Counted from the stretch's first letter, positions 20,658 through 31,293 are shown. The stretch: DNA of 64,000 bases from a candidate division WOR-3 bacterium (GCA_037444665.1 JBBILZ010000004.1:1-64000), one strand, 5' to 3'. Translations and numbers: made by a program. The notes: generated by a model from the letters alone, not told the origin.

Positions 20658-22468
20658 AATTTTTAAATCCAGACTATCTTCTGGGGCTCCTTCTTATTGC
20701 AGTTCCCATTATTATCCACCTCTATTATAAAAAAAGATTGAAAAAAATTCTCTTCTCCTCACTAATGTTTTTAAAAAGTGCTGAAGCAACACGTTTGCGA
20801 TGGTATAAATTAAAAGAAATCCTGATATTGATTATGCGTTGTCTAATCATTGCGGGAATGTTTTTCGCACTTGCCCGTCCACAATATACAGGAAAACTAT
20901 TCGCAAAAAATCGCCTTGCTGCGGTAAGTGTAATTATTGATAATTCAATCAGTATGAACTATAATGATAATTTTACAAATGCGCTGAAAAAGGCTGAGCA
21001 GGTGATTTCTAACTATTCACCCAAAAGTATATTTTATGTTACGCCGTTGTGTGAACAAAAAAATTTTAAACCATTCTGGAGCAATAAACATAGTGCCCTG
21101 GAAAATTTAAAAAAGATAAAATTATCGTATCTATCTTGCCCTTTGAAAGATTTGATAAATAATTTAAAAAATGAAAATACAGCATTGCCGAAAGAGTATA
21201 TCTATATCGGCGATGGACAGAAGATAAATTTTAAGGATATGGAACCAACAAAAGATTTATACTGGTTAAAAATTCCTATGGGTAGCGAGAATATTGCGAT
21301 TGAAGATGTCTCTGTGAAAGACCCATTTCAGGTGCCAAAGGATTATTATGAATTGAAAGTAAATATAAAAAATTATTCAAAGCGTGTATATCGCGGTAAT
21401 GTTCAGCTTATCGTAGACAATTACATAAAACAGAATGTGTGTGAAATTTCACCAGGGCAGAATCTTATCACCACATTTGCTCTTCCTGTAACTATTAAAA
21501 AGGGTGTGATACAACTGGATAAAGATAGCCTGGACATAGACAATCAATATTTTTTTTCAAAATCCCTGATGACAGACATTAAAGTTCTCATCGTGGGAAG
21601 CGATGCCTATATTAGAACCGGCCTATCACCTTCAAATAGTATCAGTACACCATTCCAGATTGAAAATGCCAGTACCATAAAAAAAACAGATTTACGCCCA
21701 TTTCAAATTATCATTTTGAATGGTATTGAAGAACTCACCGAATTTGAAATAATAAAATTAAACAATTTTCTTTCCCAGCAAGCAAATGGATTAATTATTT
21801 TTTTAGGACCAAAGATTGGCGCGAATTTTAAAAATTTCCTTGCTGTGTTCGGAACAATTGAGGGACAGATTGATGTTGAAGGTTATTTAAATATCAAATG
21901 GATTGATACTGAATATGAACCCTTTCGTATTTTTGCTGATAATCCCGGTATCAATCTTATCAAGTTCTTTAAGTCATACAGGATTATCCCCAGGGCACAG
22001 GTGCTGGCAAAATTGAGTAATGGTATACCCCTGATTCTTTATCACAATAATATAATGCTTATTACCTCACAGTTCAATGAAGCCAGTACTGATATTATTT
22101 ATAATCCAAATTTTATACCATTATTACACTCACTCATTTATGGGCTAACCAATAAATACACAGATAATGAATTCCGGACTGGAGATAAATTTCCGCGACA
22201 GGTAAAAATCAAATCTCCAGATGGCGAAGTTTTAAGTGAAAATATTTTTTTTAAACCTGGATTTTATGCGGTCGAGAAGGAGACTGTAGGTGTGAACATA
22301 GACCATCTGGAGAGCAATCCCCAAATACTCAGTCCAGAAATGGCAAATGAATTGGGAATTAAAATCATCACCCCTGAATCACTGCAGGGTTTTTCAGATT
22401 TAACCAACATATTTTTATTAATTGCCTTCTGTGCCCTGATATGTGAATTAATTCTTATGTTATTATAA
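20654..22468 (+). CDS. BatA-domain / vWA membrane protein
   Basis: MKFLNP..PIIIHL..FSSLMFL..ALARP N-terminus; DNSISM MIDAS-like motif; C-terminal TM. Confidence 0.85.
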   Translation: MKFLNPDYLLGLLLIAVPIIIHLYYKKRLKKILFSSLMFLKSAEATRLRWYKLKEILILIMRCLIIAGMFFALARPQYTGKLFAKNRLAAVSVIIDNSISMNYNDNFTNALKKAEQVISNYSPKSIFYVTPLCEQKNFKPFWSNKHSALENLKKIKLSYLSCPLKDLINNLKNENTALPKEYIYIGDGQKINFKDMEPTKDLYWLKIPMGSENIAIEDVSVKDPFQVPKDYYELKVNIKNYSKRVYRGNVQLIVDNYIKQNVCEISPGQNLITTFALPVTIKKGVIQLDKDSLDIDNQYFFSKSLMTDIKVLIVGSDAYIRTGLSPSNSISTPFQIENASTIKKTDLRPFQIIILNGIEELTEFEIIKLNNFLSQQANGLIIFLGPKIGANFKNFLAVFGTIEGQIDVEGYLNIKWIDTEYEPFRIFADNPGINLIKFFKSYRIIPRAQVLAKLSNGIPLILYHNNIMLITSQFNEASTDIIYNPNFIPLLHSLIYGLTNKYTDNEFRTGDKFPRQVKIKSPDGEVLSENIFFKPGFYAVEKETVGVNIDHLESNPQILSPEMANELGIKIITPESLQGFSDLTNIFLLIAFCALICELILMLL

Positions 22469-22469
22469 A

Positions 22470-23384
22470 TCAATAAACCAGCACCTTTGATCGCTGTGGC
22501 TGGTAATATACCACCATAAAAAAATCGGGTAAAGTGATCTCCGGCGTAAGGTAATATTCACCTGAAACGAGGTCTGTGGTCTTAACACGAACTATGATCA
22601 TGGCTTTTGTAATACTACTAATACGATTCTTTGCACCACTGACAATTATTGTATCAATATAAGGGTCAAATACTTTTACAAATTGCCCTGAATTCTTTAC
22701 AACATTCACGGGAATCCCGGTAAATAAACGCTGCCCCGTTGTATCAATTATCACCTTAACTAAAATATTATCTTTAGAAAATTTTACGAACTCGGAAACT
22801 GATTCAATTTTCAATTTCTTTTCAAAAGTAGCAGATTGATTTTTGACATCCAGTGATTCAGTATTGACCAAATTCAGACCTTGTAAAATTTTTTTCGGTC
22901 CGGTCGCAGATAAGGTATCAAGAACTTCAATTGTAGAAATTGAATAGCCATTTTTCAAACTCCCCCTGATTGGAATCAATGGTTTGATTATCTTACTCAT
23001 CTTTTCATCAACTTCTATATTTATATATTTAACTTCATAATCTACTAAGATATCCTTCACCGGAATCTCAAAGTTTTTTGTAGAAATAACATTCTTACCA
23101 GGCACGACATCGGCAAGGTCACACATAGCCTTGGGCGGAGATAGCCAGAGCCCCAAAAGCGCCTTTCCTTTACCATTGAATTTTACTTTAATCCTATCAA
23201 TCAAATTTGTAGCAATATAGGCATCCGGCAGATTAGTAAAAATCACCTTGATTTCTTTTTCGTAGCTATATGTTCCTTCAATTACAACAAAGAGCCAGAG
23301 CCCAAACGCAAATATTACCGCCAGAATCTTGCGTGCAGGTTCAACAGTGAAAAAATTTAAGATGGCTCTTAGAATTTTGAGCAT
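22470..23384 (-). CDS. CdaR/YbbR-domain protein
   Basis: KILAVIFAFGLWLFV TM followed by YbbR-like beta repeats. Confidence 0.7.
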   Translation of the reverse strand: MLKILRAILNFFTVEPARKILAVIFAFGLWLFVVIEGTYSYEKEIKVIFTNLPDAYIATNLIDRIKVKFNGKGKALLGLWLSPPKAMCDLADVVPGKNVISTKNFEIPVKDILVDYEVKYINIEVDEKMSKIIKPLIPIRGSLKNGYSISTIEVLDTLSATGPKKILQGLNLVNTESLDVKNQSATFEKKLKIESVSEFVKFSKDNILVKVIIDTTGQRLFTGIPVNVVKNSGQFVKVFDPYIDTIIVSGAKNRISSITKAMIIVRVKTTDLVSGEYYLTPEITLPDFFMVVYYQPQRSKVLVY

Positions 23385-24274
23385 AAAAATACCATTATGC
23401 CCTTTTGAATGTGCAAGCGGTTTTCTGCCTGGTCAAAAACGATCGAATGGGCACCATCAATAACTTCATCCGTAATCTCTTCTCCCCTGTGTGCGGGCAG
23501 ACAATGCATAATTAAATAATCTTTTTTTTGAACATTGGTCAGGAGTTTACTATTTAACTGGAATGATTGAAAAATCTTTTTTCTCTGCTCTGCTTCAGAC
23601 TCCTGTCCCATTGATGCCCAGACATCAGTATAGATAACATCAGCATCCTTTACCGCTTCAATTGGATTATTTGTCCATTTTACACTATTTGCTCTTTTCA
23701 AATAATCTTTGTTCGGCTCATAACCATCGGGCGTGGCAACATTCATTTTAAAACCGAGCATGGATGAAGCTGCAACAAATGAATTACATACATTATTGCC
23801 ATCACCAACATAGGCAAGAACAACTTTATTCAAGTCGCCTTTCTTCTCAATAATAGTAAACAGGTCACAGAGTATCTGACAGGGATGCTCCAGGTCGCAT
23901 AGTCCATTAATTACAGGAATACTTGCATTTTCAGCGAGTTCTTTAATATGCTTGTGGCTGAATACCCTTGCCATAATTATATCAACCCAGCGTGAAAGGT
24001 TCTTTGCTACATCAGAGACACTTTCCCTTTTTCCTAATTGAATATCGGCGGGTGCAAGATAGATCGCATGACCACCCAATTGGGTCATCCCAGTTTCAAA
24101 TGTTACCCTGGTTCTTAAGGAAGGTTTTTCAAATATCATTGCCAGGGTCTTGTCTTTCAAAATTTTGTGTTCAATACCTTTTTTCTGTTTGTCCTTAAGG
24201 TTGCGGGTAATATCAAAAATTTTATATACCTCTTCCCGATTTAAATCAAAGATAGATGTAAGGTCTCTTTTCAT
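23369..24274 (-). CDS. argF: ornithine carbamoyltransferase
   Basis: FEKPSLRTR, HPCQ, YTDVWASMG, MHCLP, QAENRLH; RBS gaggag before ATG 24274. Confidence 0.95.
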   Translation of the reverse strand: MKRDLTSIFDLNREEVYKIFDITRNLKDKQKKGIEHKILKDKTLAMIFEKPSLRTRVTFETGMTQLGGHAIYLAPADIQLGKRESVSDVAKNLSRWVDIIMARVFSHKHIKELAENASIPVINGLCDLEHPCQILCDLFTIIEKKGDLNKVVLAYVGDGNNVCNSFVAASSMLGFKMNVATPDGYEPNKDYLKRANSVKWTNNPIEAVKDADVIYTDVWASMGQESEAEQRKKIFQSFQLNSKLLTNVQKKDYLIMHCLPAHRGEEITDEVIDGAHSIVFDQAENRLHIQKGIMVFLCSKF

Positions 24275-24419
24275 TTTTTCACTCCTCTTTTTATTCATTA
24301 TATAAAATTTTGTTTAAAAATCAATATTGAGAAAAAATTTTTAAAATCTTGAATAAATACCTGAAACACTTTATATGCGGTCTAACAAATAAATTTTTGT
24401 ATTGTTTCTGACTTTTGAT

Positions 24420-24983
24420 TTATTTTGTCCAGGTGATTTCCAATTCACTGAATCCCTTATCTGCTTCAATGGGCGTTATGTATTTTATCTCAATATTTTT
24501 TGCACCTGCCAATTCCAGTGCCTTTTTATAAAAAGAAATAATCCCGAAACTTATTAGCTGGTGTTTTTTTTCAAAACCAATATGTTTAACTCTTACCTTT
24601 CCCTCTCCCATCAAACTTACTTCTATCTCTATACCTCTGAAATAAGTATTATTAATTGCAGATAGTCGCTTGATAAGAGAAGATGGAGAATCAGGTTTAA
24701 TGAATACTTTATAAATACCCTGCAATTGCTGAAAAAGGATTTCTTCACTGAGCGCAATCATTTGCTCTTTATTACCACCCGCTGCTAAATTAATCGTTGT
24801 TTCTACAAACTTTATAAATGACTCAAGTGGATACCAATCAGTTACAAGGATTGCCTTTTTCTCAAATATTTGTTTTGTTTCTTTATCCAACAATTTCAGA
24901 ACCTTCCTAAATAACTCTTCACCATATTTTAGTTTAACCGCCTTTATGGTATCTAAAATAACTGAACCTTTAATTTCCACCAT
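24420..24983 (-). CDS. hypothetical protein (DUF2378/TIGR02265-like)
   Basis: IKGSVI..WYP..ALELAGAK..ITW pattern resembles that family; judged from memory only. Confidence 0.5.
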   Translation of the reverse strand: MVEIKGSVILDTIKAVKLKYGEELFRKVLKLLDKETKQIFEKKAILVTDWYPLESFIKFVETTINLAAGGNKEQMIALSEEILFQQLQGIYKVFIKPDSPSSLIKRLSAINNTYFRGIEIEVSLMGEGKVRVKHIGFEKKHQLISFGIISFYKKALELAGAKNIEIKYITPIEADKGFSELEITWTK

Positions 24984-25042
24984 AGAAAGTCCTATTTATA
25001 AATTTACTCAATAATTGTAAATTGTCAATAGGCATTTGTATT

Positions 25043-25856
25043 CTAAAGCAAACTCTTTACTTCCTTCTGAAAGTTTGTTTTATCAAGGACAAAAGTTTTT
25101 ATTATTCTGCCATTTACGACGCAGTCGCCATAATTGGCATTACGCCTTTTTGCTACTTCGGGTTCCTTAGCTATATCAATATAAACAATCGGAATTTTGT
25201 TATCAATCTCTCTTATATATTTTTCCATTCTTTTTAAGAAAAATGGATATGCGGCAGAACATTTATTCGGACCACAGAATATCAGAACCTTGCCTTTGTC
25301 TTCATCCTGTGGCTGGTATTCTAAGGACGCTTTTTTTATGAGCGGTTGATATACAAAATTTTTTTTCTATTGGGTAATAAAGAAAATCAGGGTCATCGCC
25401 TATAGTTTGGAATCCCTTTTTTTTAAAAAACTCACGGGCTGAGAGTTGCCCCTCAGATTCACCTGGAAATGTCCGAACCACCAATGCTGATGGTGGCTTA
25501 TTCCCAAACCATTCTGAAGGTCTTTTCATATCCTCATTCAAACTCACAAGCAATTGCTTGCCAATCCCTTTTTGCCAATATCTCTTCTCATGTATATAGA
25601 TACAATCAATCCAGACAATATTCTCTTCAGGCACAGGATGAAACTGTATCATACCTGCTGGTTCATTGTCAACATAACCAACTTTAGCAAATGAACCCCA
25701 TTTTTTTAGCATATCAAGTGCCCACGCCCTCTTCTCTTCCATCCCTTTTATCCAATCTGGGTCTTCTCTCTTCTCTGGTGGAACGCAGACCAGACATAAA
25801 TCTGAGATGATTTCTTTATTAACATCCTTGATTAAAATTCTTGGTTCTTCAGCCAT
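25043..25856 (-). pseudogene. GNAT acetyltransferase with C-terminal extension, split by a +1 frameshift in an A8 tract
   Basis: Removing one base from T8 at 25359-25366 joins ORF 25302-25856 to 25043-25228 via IEKNFVYQP..DEDKGKVLIFCGPNKC..RMEKYIRE. Confidence 0.8.
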
Positions 25857-25872
25857 TTTTTTCTCTCTCTTC

Positions 25873-26305
25873 TTATGGTATATAAACCTTTCTTCCACCT
25901 TCCCAGTTATCCCACCACTCAATTCTATTAGGTTTAATTTTCAATAAACAATATTCCGCTGATTCTGGTGTCTTGAAATACTGCGATAAATCGTATGGGG
26001 CAATTTTCCATACCCTCTTTTTTTGTGCTATATTGTCCACAATCCAGCCTTACCAGTTACTATGGCTGTTTTATCACCCGAAGGGTGCTGAACAAATGCC
26101 AGACAGATTATTAAATTTTGTTTATCTGTTTTACCTTACGGGAATTAGCAAGGGTTGCTACCCAGATAGATAAATCATCTTCAATAATGGGCATGACTGG
26201 ACGAATCTGCGGCTGGTCATCATCAACAGTTGCCAAAAAGGCAAAAAGACAGGTCTCTTTCATTATAGCAACTATTTTTTCTTTATCTGATGGCTCATAG
26301 TTCAC
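25873..26305 (-). pseudogene. pyridoxamine 5'-phosphate oxidase-like (general stress protein 26) gene with two frameshifts
   Basis: AFLATVDDDQPQIRPV..SRKVKQI continues in other frames as ICLAFVQHPSGDKTAIVTGKA and IVDNIAQKKRVWK..YFKTPESAEYCLLKIKPNRIEWWD..VYIP-stop at 25873. Confidence 0.8.
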
Positions 26306-26322
26306 CAGGAAACAAATTTATT

Positions 26323-26826
26323 TCATTTTTTCAAATAAAATTTTGTATTTACGCTGGCGGTCTTGTTAGAAAGTTTATCAGTAACTGTAATATTAACGGT
26401 GTATTCCCCATCTTCTAATTCTGCAATAGTATTAATATTATTGGTGAGATATACCTGATTCATATCACGCTCTTTAGAAAATGGAATGGGCTCGGTTAAA
26501 AAATTGCCATCAAGCAGGACTTCATCCTTTGGACCTTTGACCACTAAGTGTTCAGGGATATGGATCTCATAAGAAGAGTCTGGATTTTGTTTATATTTGA
26601 CATTGTTTAAATTCATATAAATCCAGACCACATCACCAGGCTTGTATGTTCCATTGGGCTGTTCTTTATATTTCATATAATCTTCGGGTGATTCAGAACA
26701 GAAAACTACATTAGTAATCTTAAATTCACTACCTGAAGGCTTTGCAGGTTCCTGTTTTGAGCAAGCGACCAAAACCAAACCCAATAGCATAAGCATTAGC
26801 TTTACAACCAGATTATTGTTTTTCAT
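26323..26826 (-). CDS. hypothetical lipoprotein
   Basis: Lipobox LVAC; Ig-like beta-rich C-terminus. Confidence 0.7.
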   Translation of the reverse strand: MKNNNLVVKLMLMLLGLVLVACSKQEPAKPSGSEFKITNVVFCSESPEDYMKYKEQPNGTYKPGDVVWIYMNLNNVKYKQNPDSSYEIHIPEHLVVKGPKDEVLLDGNFLTEPIPFSKERDMNQVYLTNNINTIAELEDGEYTVNITVTDKLSNKTASVNTKFYLKK

Positions 26827-26937
26827 ATGACCCCCTTTTCTAATAAATTATATCCAATCCTGAATGTTTTTCAATCCTTTTAATCTGTTCCTTTATTTTC
26901 TTCCTTAGAACTTGGTAGAAATTGCAATGCCTTTAAA

Positions 26938-27483
26938 TTATAATTCTAATCTCATAAGCGGAAATTCTTTATCGTCTTTATAAATTGTGAAGCCGTTTTT
27001 AAGATAAAATTCTGCAGGGCCCGAAGGATTCTCAGGATTATCTTTACGTGCAAATGACTCAACTGCTTTTATTTTTCTTTTGGCTAAATCATCAATTACA
27101 ATCTGAAGAAGTCTTTTGCCAAACCCCATACCTCTAAATTCTTTCTGGGGAATGAATAAACAGGATATCAATACTGCATCATTACTTGGCGATGATGAAT
27201 AACGAAAAGAATTCGGAAGAAACATAGGTGGTGCGTACTGTGCATAACCAACAGGCTTCCCATCAGCATACAATATCTTACCGCAGTTGCCAAATTTGCT
27301 AAGAGTATCCTTTAACCAGAGCATTTTCTTTTTGAGCATTTCTTCTTTTCTTTCCTTTTCCGGTTCTATGCACTCTGCAGAAAGTTCCCAGTAAATGCAA
27401 TACTTACAACTATATGGATAACTATTCCACTCTGGGGCATCTTTTAAGTTATTTAATGTCAGATTAATAATTTCAAGTTTCAT
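26938..27483 (-). CDS. GNAT-family acetyltransferase
   Basis: CKYCIYW, VGYAQYAP, ISCLFI..FRGMGFGKRLL, FYLKNGF. Confidence 0.85.
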   Translation of the reverse strand: MKLEIINLTLNNLKDAPEWNSYPYSCKYCIYWELSAECIEPEKERKEEMLKKKMLWLKDTLSKFGNCGKILYADGKPVGYAQYAPPMFLPNSFRYSSSPSNDAVLISCLFIPQKEFRGMGFGKRLLQIVIDDLAKRKIKAVESFARKDNPENPSGPAEFYLKNGFTIYKDDKEFPLMRLEL

Positions 27484-27541
27484 TTACAATTAAACAATTG
27501 CCCAATAATGCCAATTTAAGAACATAAAAATGTTGTGCATT

Positions 27542-28174
27542 TTAATATTTTGTCCTTACTCTTATTACCAGTGCCTTTTTCTCAATATCCAGTATTACCA
27601 GCATAAAATCATTCAAATCCTTTTCAAGCACCAGCTTTATTTCCTTTGGTTTATGCATAATATCGTCACCCGCAGTCCTGCATTGATATAGACCATTTAC
27701 ATCAGGCAGGTCAAGTTCTTTTAATGATTTTTCATACAATTGTTCTATTGTTGGATTGTATATAGAACCTTCCTCAGGTGGTTCTTTTCCCATTTCTTTA
27801 TATGACCTGATAATTCCTTCTTTTGTCATTTTAATACCGCACATCTTCATCAAAAAATCCTCGGGGATAGGCAGTTCATGCCATTCGCCACTCTTTTTTG
27901 CTTCAGAAAAATATTTTTGAAAACCCTGCTCATCAAATTGAAATGCGATATCTATTTTCAATCCTTCGCGTCCAAAGAATCCGGGCTTTTCTGGATAAGC
28001 CCTGTAATACAAAGTCTTTGCTGAAGATGGCACATTGAATTCCCGGCGCAATATTGTTTCGTCAGACTCTTCTATGCAATTTAAGAGAGCGATAAAGATA
28101 ATGATTTCAAAAATTCTATGACTGACTCTCACTTTCATCAAATTTCGCAACTTATATTCTCCTATATTTTGCAC
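27542..28174 (-). CDS. hypothetical exported protein or lipoprotein (start uncertain)
   Basis: 210-aa ORF; hydrophobic stretch ending LLNC. Confidence 0.55.
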   Translation of the reverse strand: MQNIGEYKLRNLMKVRVSHRIFEIIIFIALLNCIEESDETILRREFNVPSSAKTLYYRAYPEKPGFFGREGLKIDIAFQFDEQGFQKYFSEAKKSGEWHELPIPEDFLMKMCGIKMTKEGIIRSYKEMGKEPPEEGSIYNPTIEQLYEKSLKELDLPDVNGLYQCRTAGDDIMHKPKEIKLVLEKDLNDFMLVILDIEKKALVIRVRTKY

Positions 28175-28491
28175 TACTTACCAAAATATTCCTTTTGTAT
28201 TCTCTCCTGGGCAATTCTGCTACTGGGATCGTCTCCGCGTGCAACATTTACCGAAACCTTGCCACCAAGAATCTGGAAGATCTCTGCCACATCACTATGA
28301 GTAAATCCAGGGCAGAGAATAATTGCATCAATATTCTCCTGCTCATAGACTGTTTTAGCAACATCTATTGCCTCTTTCTGGTCTTTTACGATGACAGTTA
28401 TTAACCGATACTTTCCAGTATCAATAATACTCCGATGCTTTTCCACATCAGCATCAGGGGCATGTGCCAAAAATAGTGCCTTAAAAGCCAT
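28174..28491 (-). CDS. DUF6506-like protein
   Basis: FLAHAPDAD..IDAIILCPGF..VNVARGD; RBS ggagg. Confidence 0.7.
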   Translation of the reverse strand: MAFKALFLAHAPDADVEKHRSIIDTGKYRLITVIVKDQKEAIDVAKTVYEQENIDAIILCPGFTHSDVAEIFQILGGKVSVNVARGDDPSSRIAQERIQKEYFGK

Positions 28492-28507
28492 AATTACCTC
28501 CTTTTAT

Positions 28508-28837
28508 TTACTCCAATTCTTCATCAAGCCATTTTAGATAACCTTCATAACCTGCAACTATTGGCACGGCAATTATCTCTGGTGTTTGGTAAGGATGGAT
28601 TTCTTTTATCACTCTTTCAAGTTCATCATACAAACTCTTTTTACTTTTTATGATACATAGATACTCATCCGCATTTTCAATCTTTCCTTTCCACCAATAG
28701 ATGCTCTTTATTGGTCCTAAAATCTGAACACAGCCAGCAAGTCGCTTTTCAACTGCTACATTTGCAATCTTTTCTGCATCTTCCTTCTTTTCAACAGTCG
28801 TAAAAACCTGGATATAATCATCTGCCCCTTGCACCAT
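28508..28837 (-). CDS. cutA: divalent-cation tolerance protein CutA
   Basis: LAGCVQI, SIYWWKGKIE, HPYQTPEIIA, YLKWL. Confidence 0.92.
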   Translation of the reverse strand: MVQGADDYIQVFTTVEKKEDAEKIANVAVEKRLAGCVQILGPIKSIYWWKGKIENADEYLCIIKSKKSLYDELERVIKEIHPYQTPEIIAVPIVAGYEGYLKWLDEELE

Positions 28838-28908
28838 AAATCACGCCTCCTTATTAAACCTTTTATAAAAGTTGTAACTCAACAAACCTTTATCCATATC
28901 TCCAGCAA

Positions 28909-29517
28909 CTAAAATCTATAGCCGATTCCAGCGCCAAGGTTTAATGGATTATGGAAAGCGGGAATCTGGTAGCCTACATAAAAGACAAACCCTGGACCTT
29001 GTGCCGGACCAAAATTGATAAAAAAATCATAGGGCGCATAAATAGATAAATGAGTTCCGAAGGATAGAATCTTATTTTTGTCGTCCTTGAAGCCAACCAT
29101 TAGTTCTGTCCTAACAAGCTCAGGTAATGCAGGGCCTATTGTAAACGAGAAAACATTACGACTTTTGTTTCTGGTTGCCTCAAATTTATATGCCATATAG
29201 AGTGAATAGGCTCTTTTGGGTACTGTACCACTATACTCACCATTTATTATGTATATCAGCAATACATTGGTAAGCCCAATATTTTCATTAAATCCGTAAT
29301 TGAAACCAAAACCGCTACATAAACCGCGTGTATTTGCCATTGAATAACTTGATATATTCGAACTATAATCAAAACATCTGAATCCAGCAACAGCACCCAC
29401 CCAACCTGATGAGCCTTTTTTGACCATTGGCGAATCAAATGTTGGCGACATGCAACAAGATAGCAAAACAAGCAATATAAATGCTAAATAAATCTTTGGT
29501 TTCTTCTCCCTGTGCAT
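28909..29517 (-). CDS. hypothetical lipoprotein / outer-membrane beta-barrel-like protein (paralog A)
   Basis: LLSC lipobox-like; alternating hydrophobic strands; C-terminal GIGYRF; RBS aggagg before ATG 29517. Confidence 0.65.
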   Translation of the reverse strand: MHREKKPKIYLAFILLVLLSCCMSPTFDSPMVKKGSSGWVGAVAGFRCFDYSSNISSYSMANTRGLCSGFGFNYGFNENIGLTNVLLIYIINGEYSGTVPKRAYSLYMAYKFEATRNKSRNVFSFTIGPALPELVRTELMVGFKDDKNKILSFGTHLSIYAPYDFFINFGPAQGPGFVFYVGYQIPAFHNPLNLGAGIGYRF

Positions 29518-29669
29518 AACAATCCTCCTTGTATGATTATACACTTCTCAATGGATTCTGTCAATAATTCAAAACCGAGGCTGCGAATAAACTCGGACTC
29601 AGTACACCTGAACCACAGCCTGTACCAGGGCAAACTTGCTTTATTGTCTCCAATCTGATGGATTCTTAA

Positions 29670-29695
29670 GATGCTGAAATAAATTCAGCATGACA
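29670..29695. repeat. palindromic REP-like hairpin
   Basis: gatgctgaaataaattcagcatgaca (stem ATGCTGAA/TTCAGCAT); a degenerate relative cctgaaataaatttagg lies near 54171-54187. Confidence 0.55.
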
Positions 29696-29731
29696 ATATC
29701 GCTAATCCAAAGTTTTCTGCAACCTTAAATT

Positions 29732-29923
29732 CTACTTGTTTTTACTGATAATTACAACACTTGATGCTTTCAATGAATGCGTGAACTTTATCGGTGGAAT
29801 TTTTACAACAAATTTAACAAGTTCACTATCCCATTTCTCAATGCCTTTCAGTCTCTGTCGGTGGATCACACGCCAGAAGTATGCCCACCAATCCCAGTTA
29901 TGAACGATAACCTTCATTGCCAA
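29732..29923 (-). pseudogene. probable truncated gene remnant
   Basis: Promoter TTGCTT-17-TATAAT directly upstream; first about 40 aa look protein-like (WDWWAYFWRVIHR..GIEKWDSELVKF), then the ORF ends near the palindrome cluster. Confidence 0.35.
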
Positions 29924-30013
29924 ATTTATTATATATAAAATCTAACAGTAAGCAAGCCTGAAGTGACTTGCCAAAATAGAGAAAAAGTTCAAATACTAAT
30001 TTGCAATAAAATT

Positions 30014-30037
30014 GTAGCGTCCGACTTTAGTCGGACG
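30014..30037 (+). repeat. GTAG-type REP-like palindrome
   Basis: GTAG + CGTCCGAC-TTTA-GTCGGACG. Confidence 0.7.
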
Positions 30038-30320
30038 AAAAGATTCTCATTTAACTACCTTCAGGGCTAACCTCTGGTTCTGATAGAACCATCGGTTCTT
30101 GAAGAAACCTCTGCCCTACGATTTTTTTTGCAGAACAACCCTTGTGGTTGTCCGAAAGTTCTGAAACAAACCTAACTTGAAGCCGTGACAATGGTCAGAG
30201 CACGCTCTCTCCTTAAGAGAGGAATCTATAATGAAAAATCAATTATTATTTATTGGAACCTTTCAAATTCCAACAAGTAAAAAATAATAATAAATTCCTG
30301 ACCTGAATAACGAAATTTAC

Positions 30321-30350
30321 TTTTCTCGTTTTCTCGAGAAAACGGGAAAA
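30321..30350. repeat. 30-bp palindrome, copy 1
   Basis: ttttctcgttttctcgagaaaacgggaaaa; near-identical copy at 34010-34039. Confidence 0.75.
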
Positions 30351-30490
30351 TGATTGAATTTTCCTTATAAATTGGCACCTTTTACAAACTATCTTCTTTC
30401 TGCCAGAAAAATGTTGATTTTTTCACATTTTTCAACTATTTCCCGCCTGGCGAAAAAATGTTGAAAAATATAAAAGGCAGCTTGATTAAA

Positions 30491-31270
30491 TCAGGGGCTT
30501 GCCCTACGAGTCTTTTTTGCGATTATTATCATTCTCCTTGAATCATTGGTGAATGGCTTTGAGTCAAAATCACTGAAAATCTTGTATAATTTCATTCCTG
30601 CCCTTGCTAATAGATTTCTCATCTCGGTCGGATTGTAAATCCGGACAAAAAATGACTTATCTTTTCTCTTACCATCTCTGAATATAATTCTTTTATCATA
30701 TACCTGACCGGTCAAACTATCAAAGGTATTCCTTTCAATCATTAAATCATTTCCCTTTGTGGTTACGATATACGGCAGGAAGTTCTTTAAAAAAACATCC
30801 CGATTAAAGGTATCAAAGCAGAAAAGACCACCAGGTTTTAATGCGTAGGCGATATTTTTTAAAACCAGAAGATTTTCATTATCCTCAAAATAACCGAAGG
30901 CGGTAAAAATAAGAAGAACCCTATCAAATTTCTCTTTCCACCAAATTTTTCTCATATTCTTTTGAATATAGCAAACCTTTAAACCCTTATTTTTTGCTTC
31001 ATTTTTTGCAATCTTAAGAAACCCCGGACTAATATCAACACCTATCACATCATACCCAAGTTCACTTAAACGATTTGTATGCCTTCCATGACCACAGGCA
31101 AGGTCAAGAATTTTCATTGATTTTCTTAACCCTAATTCCCGAATAAAGAATTGCACCTCTTTTTCAGTCCGTTCTTCAGTCAACCCATCGCCATAAAAAT
31201 ACAAATAATCATTTGGCTCAAAAACCGCCTTAAAATCAAAGACCGGCTTACAGGAATTTTTAACACCCAT
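30491..31270 (-). CDS. class I SAM-dependent methyltransferase
   Basis: KILDLACGHGRH, GVDIS, FTAFGYF, LKPGG. Confidence 0.9.
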   Translation of the reverse strand: MGVKNSCKPVFDFKAVFEPNDYLYFYGDGLTEERTEKEVQFFIRELGLRKSMKILDLACGHGRHTNRLSELGYDVIGVDISPGFLKIAKNEAKNKGLKVCYIQKNMRKIWWKEKFDRVLLIFTAFGYFEDNENLLVLKNIAYALKPGGLFCFDTFNRDVFLKNFLPYIVTTKGNDLMIERNTFDSLTGQVYDKRIIFRDGKRKDKSFFVRIYNPTEMRNLLARAGMKLYKIFSDFDSKPFTNDSRRMIIIAKKTRRASP

Positions 31271-31293
31271 TTTTATTCTCCTTTCGCCTGCAG

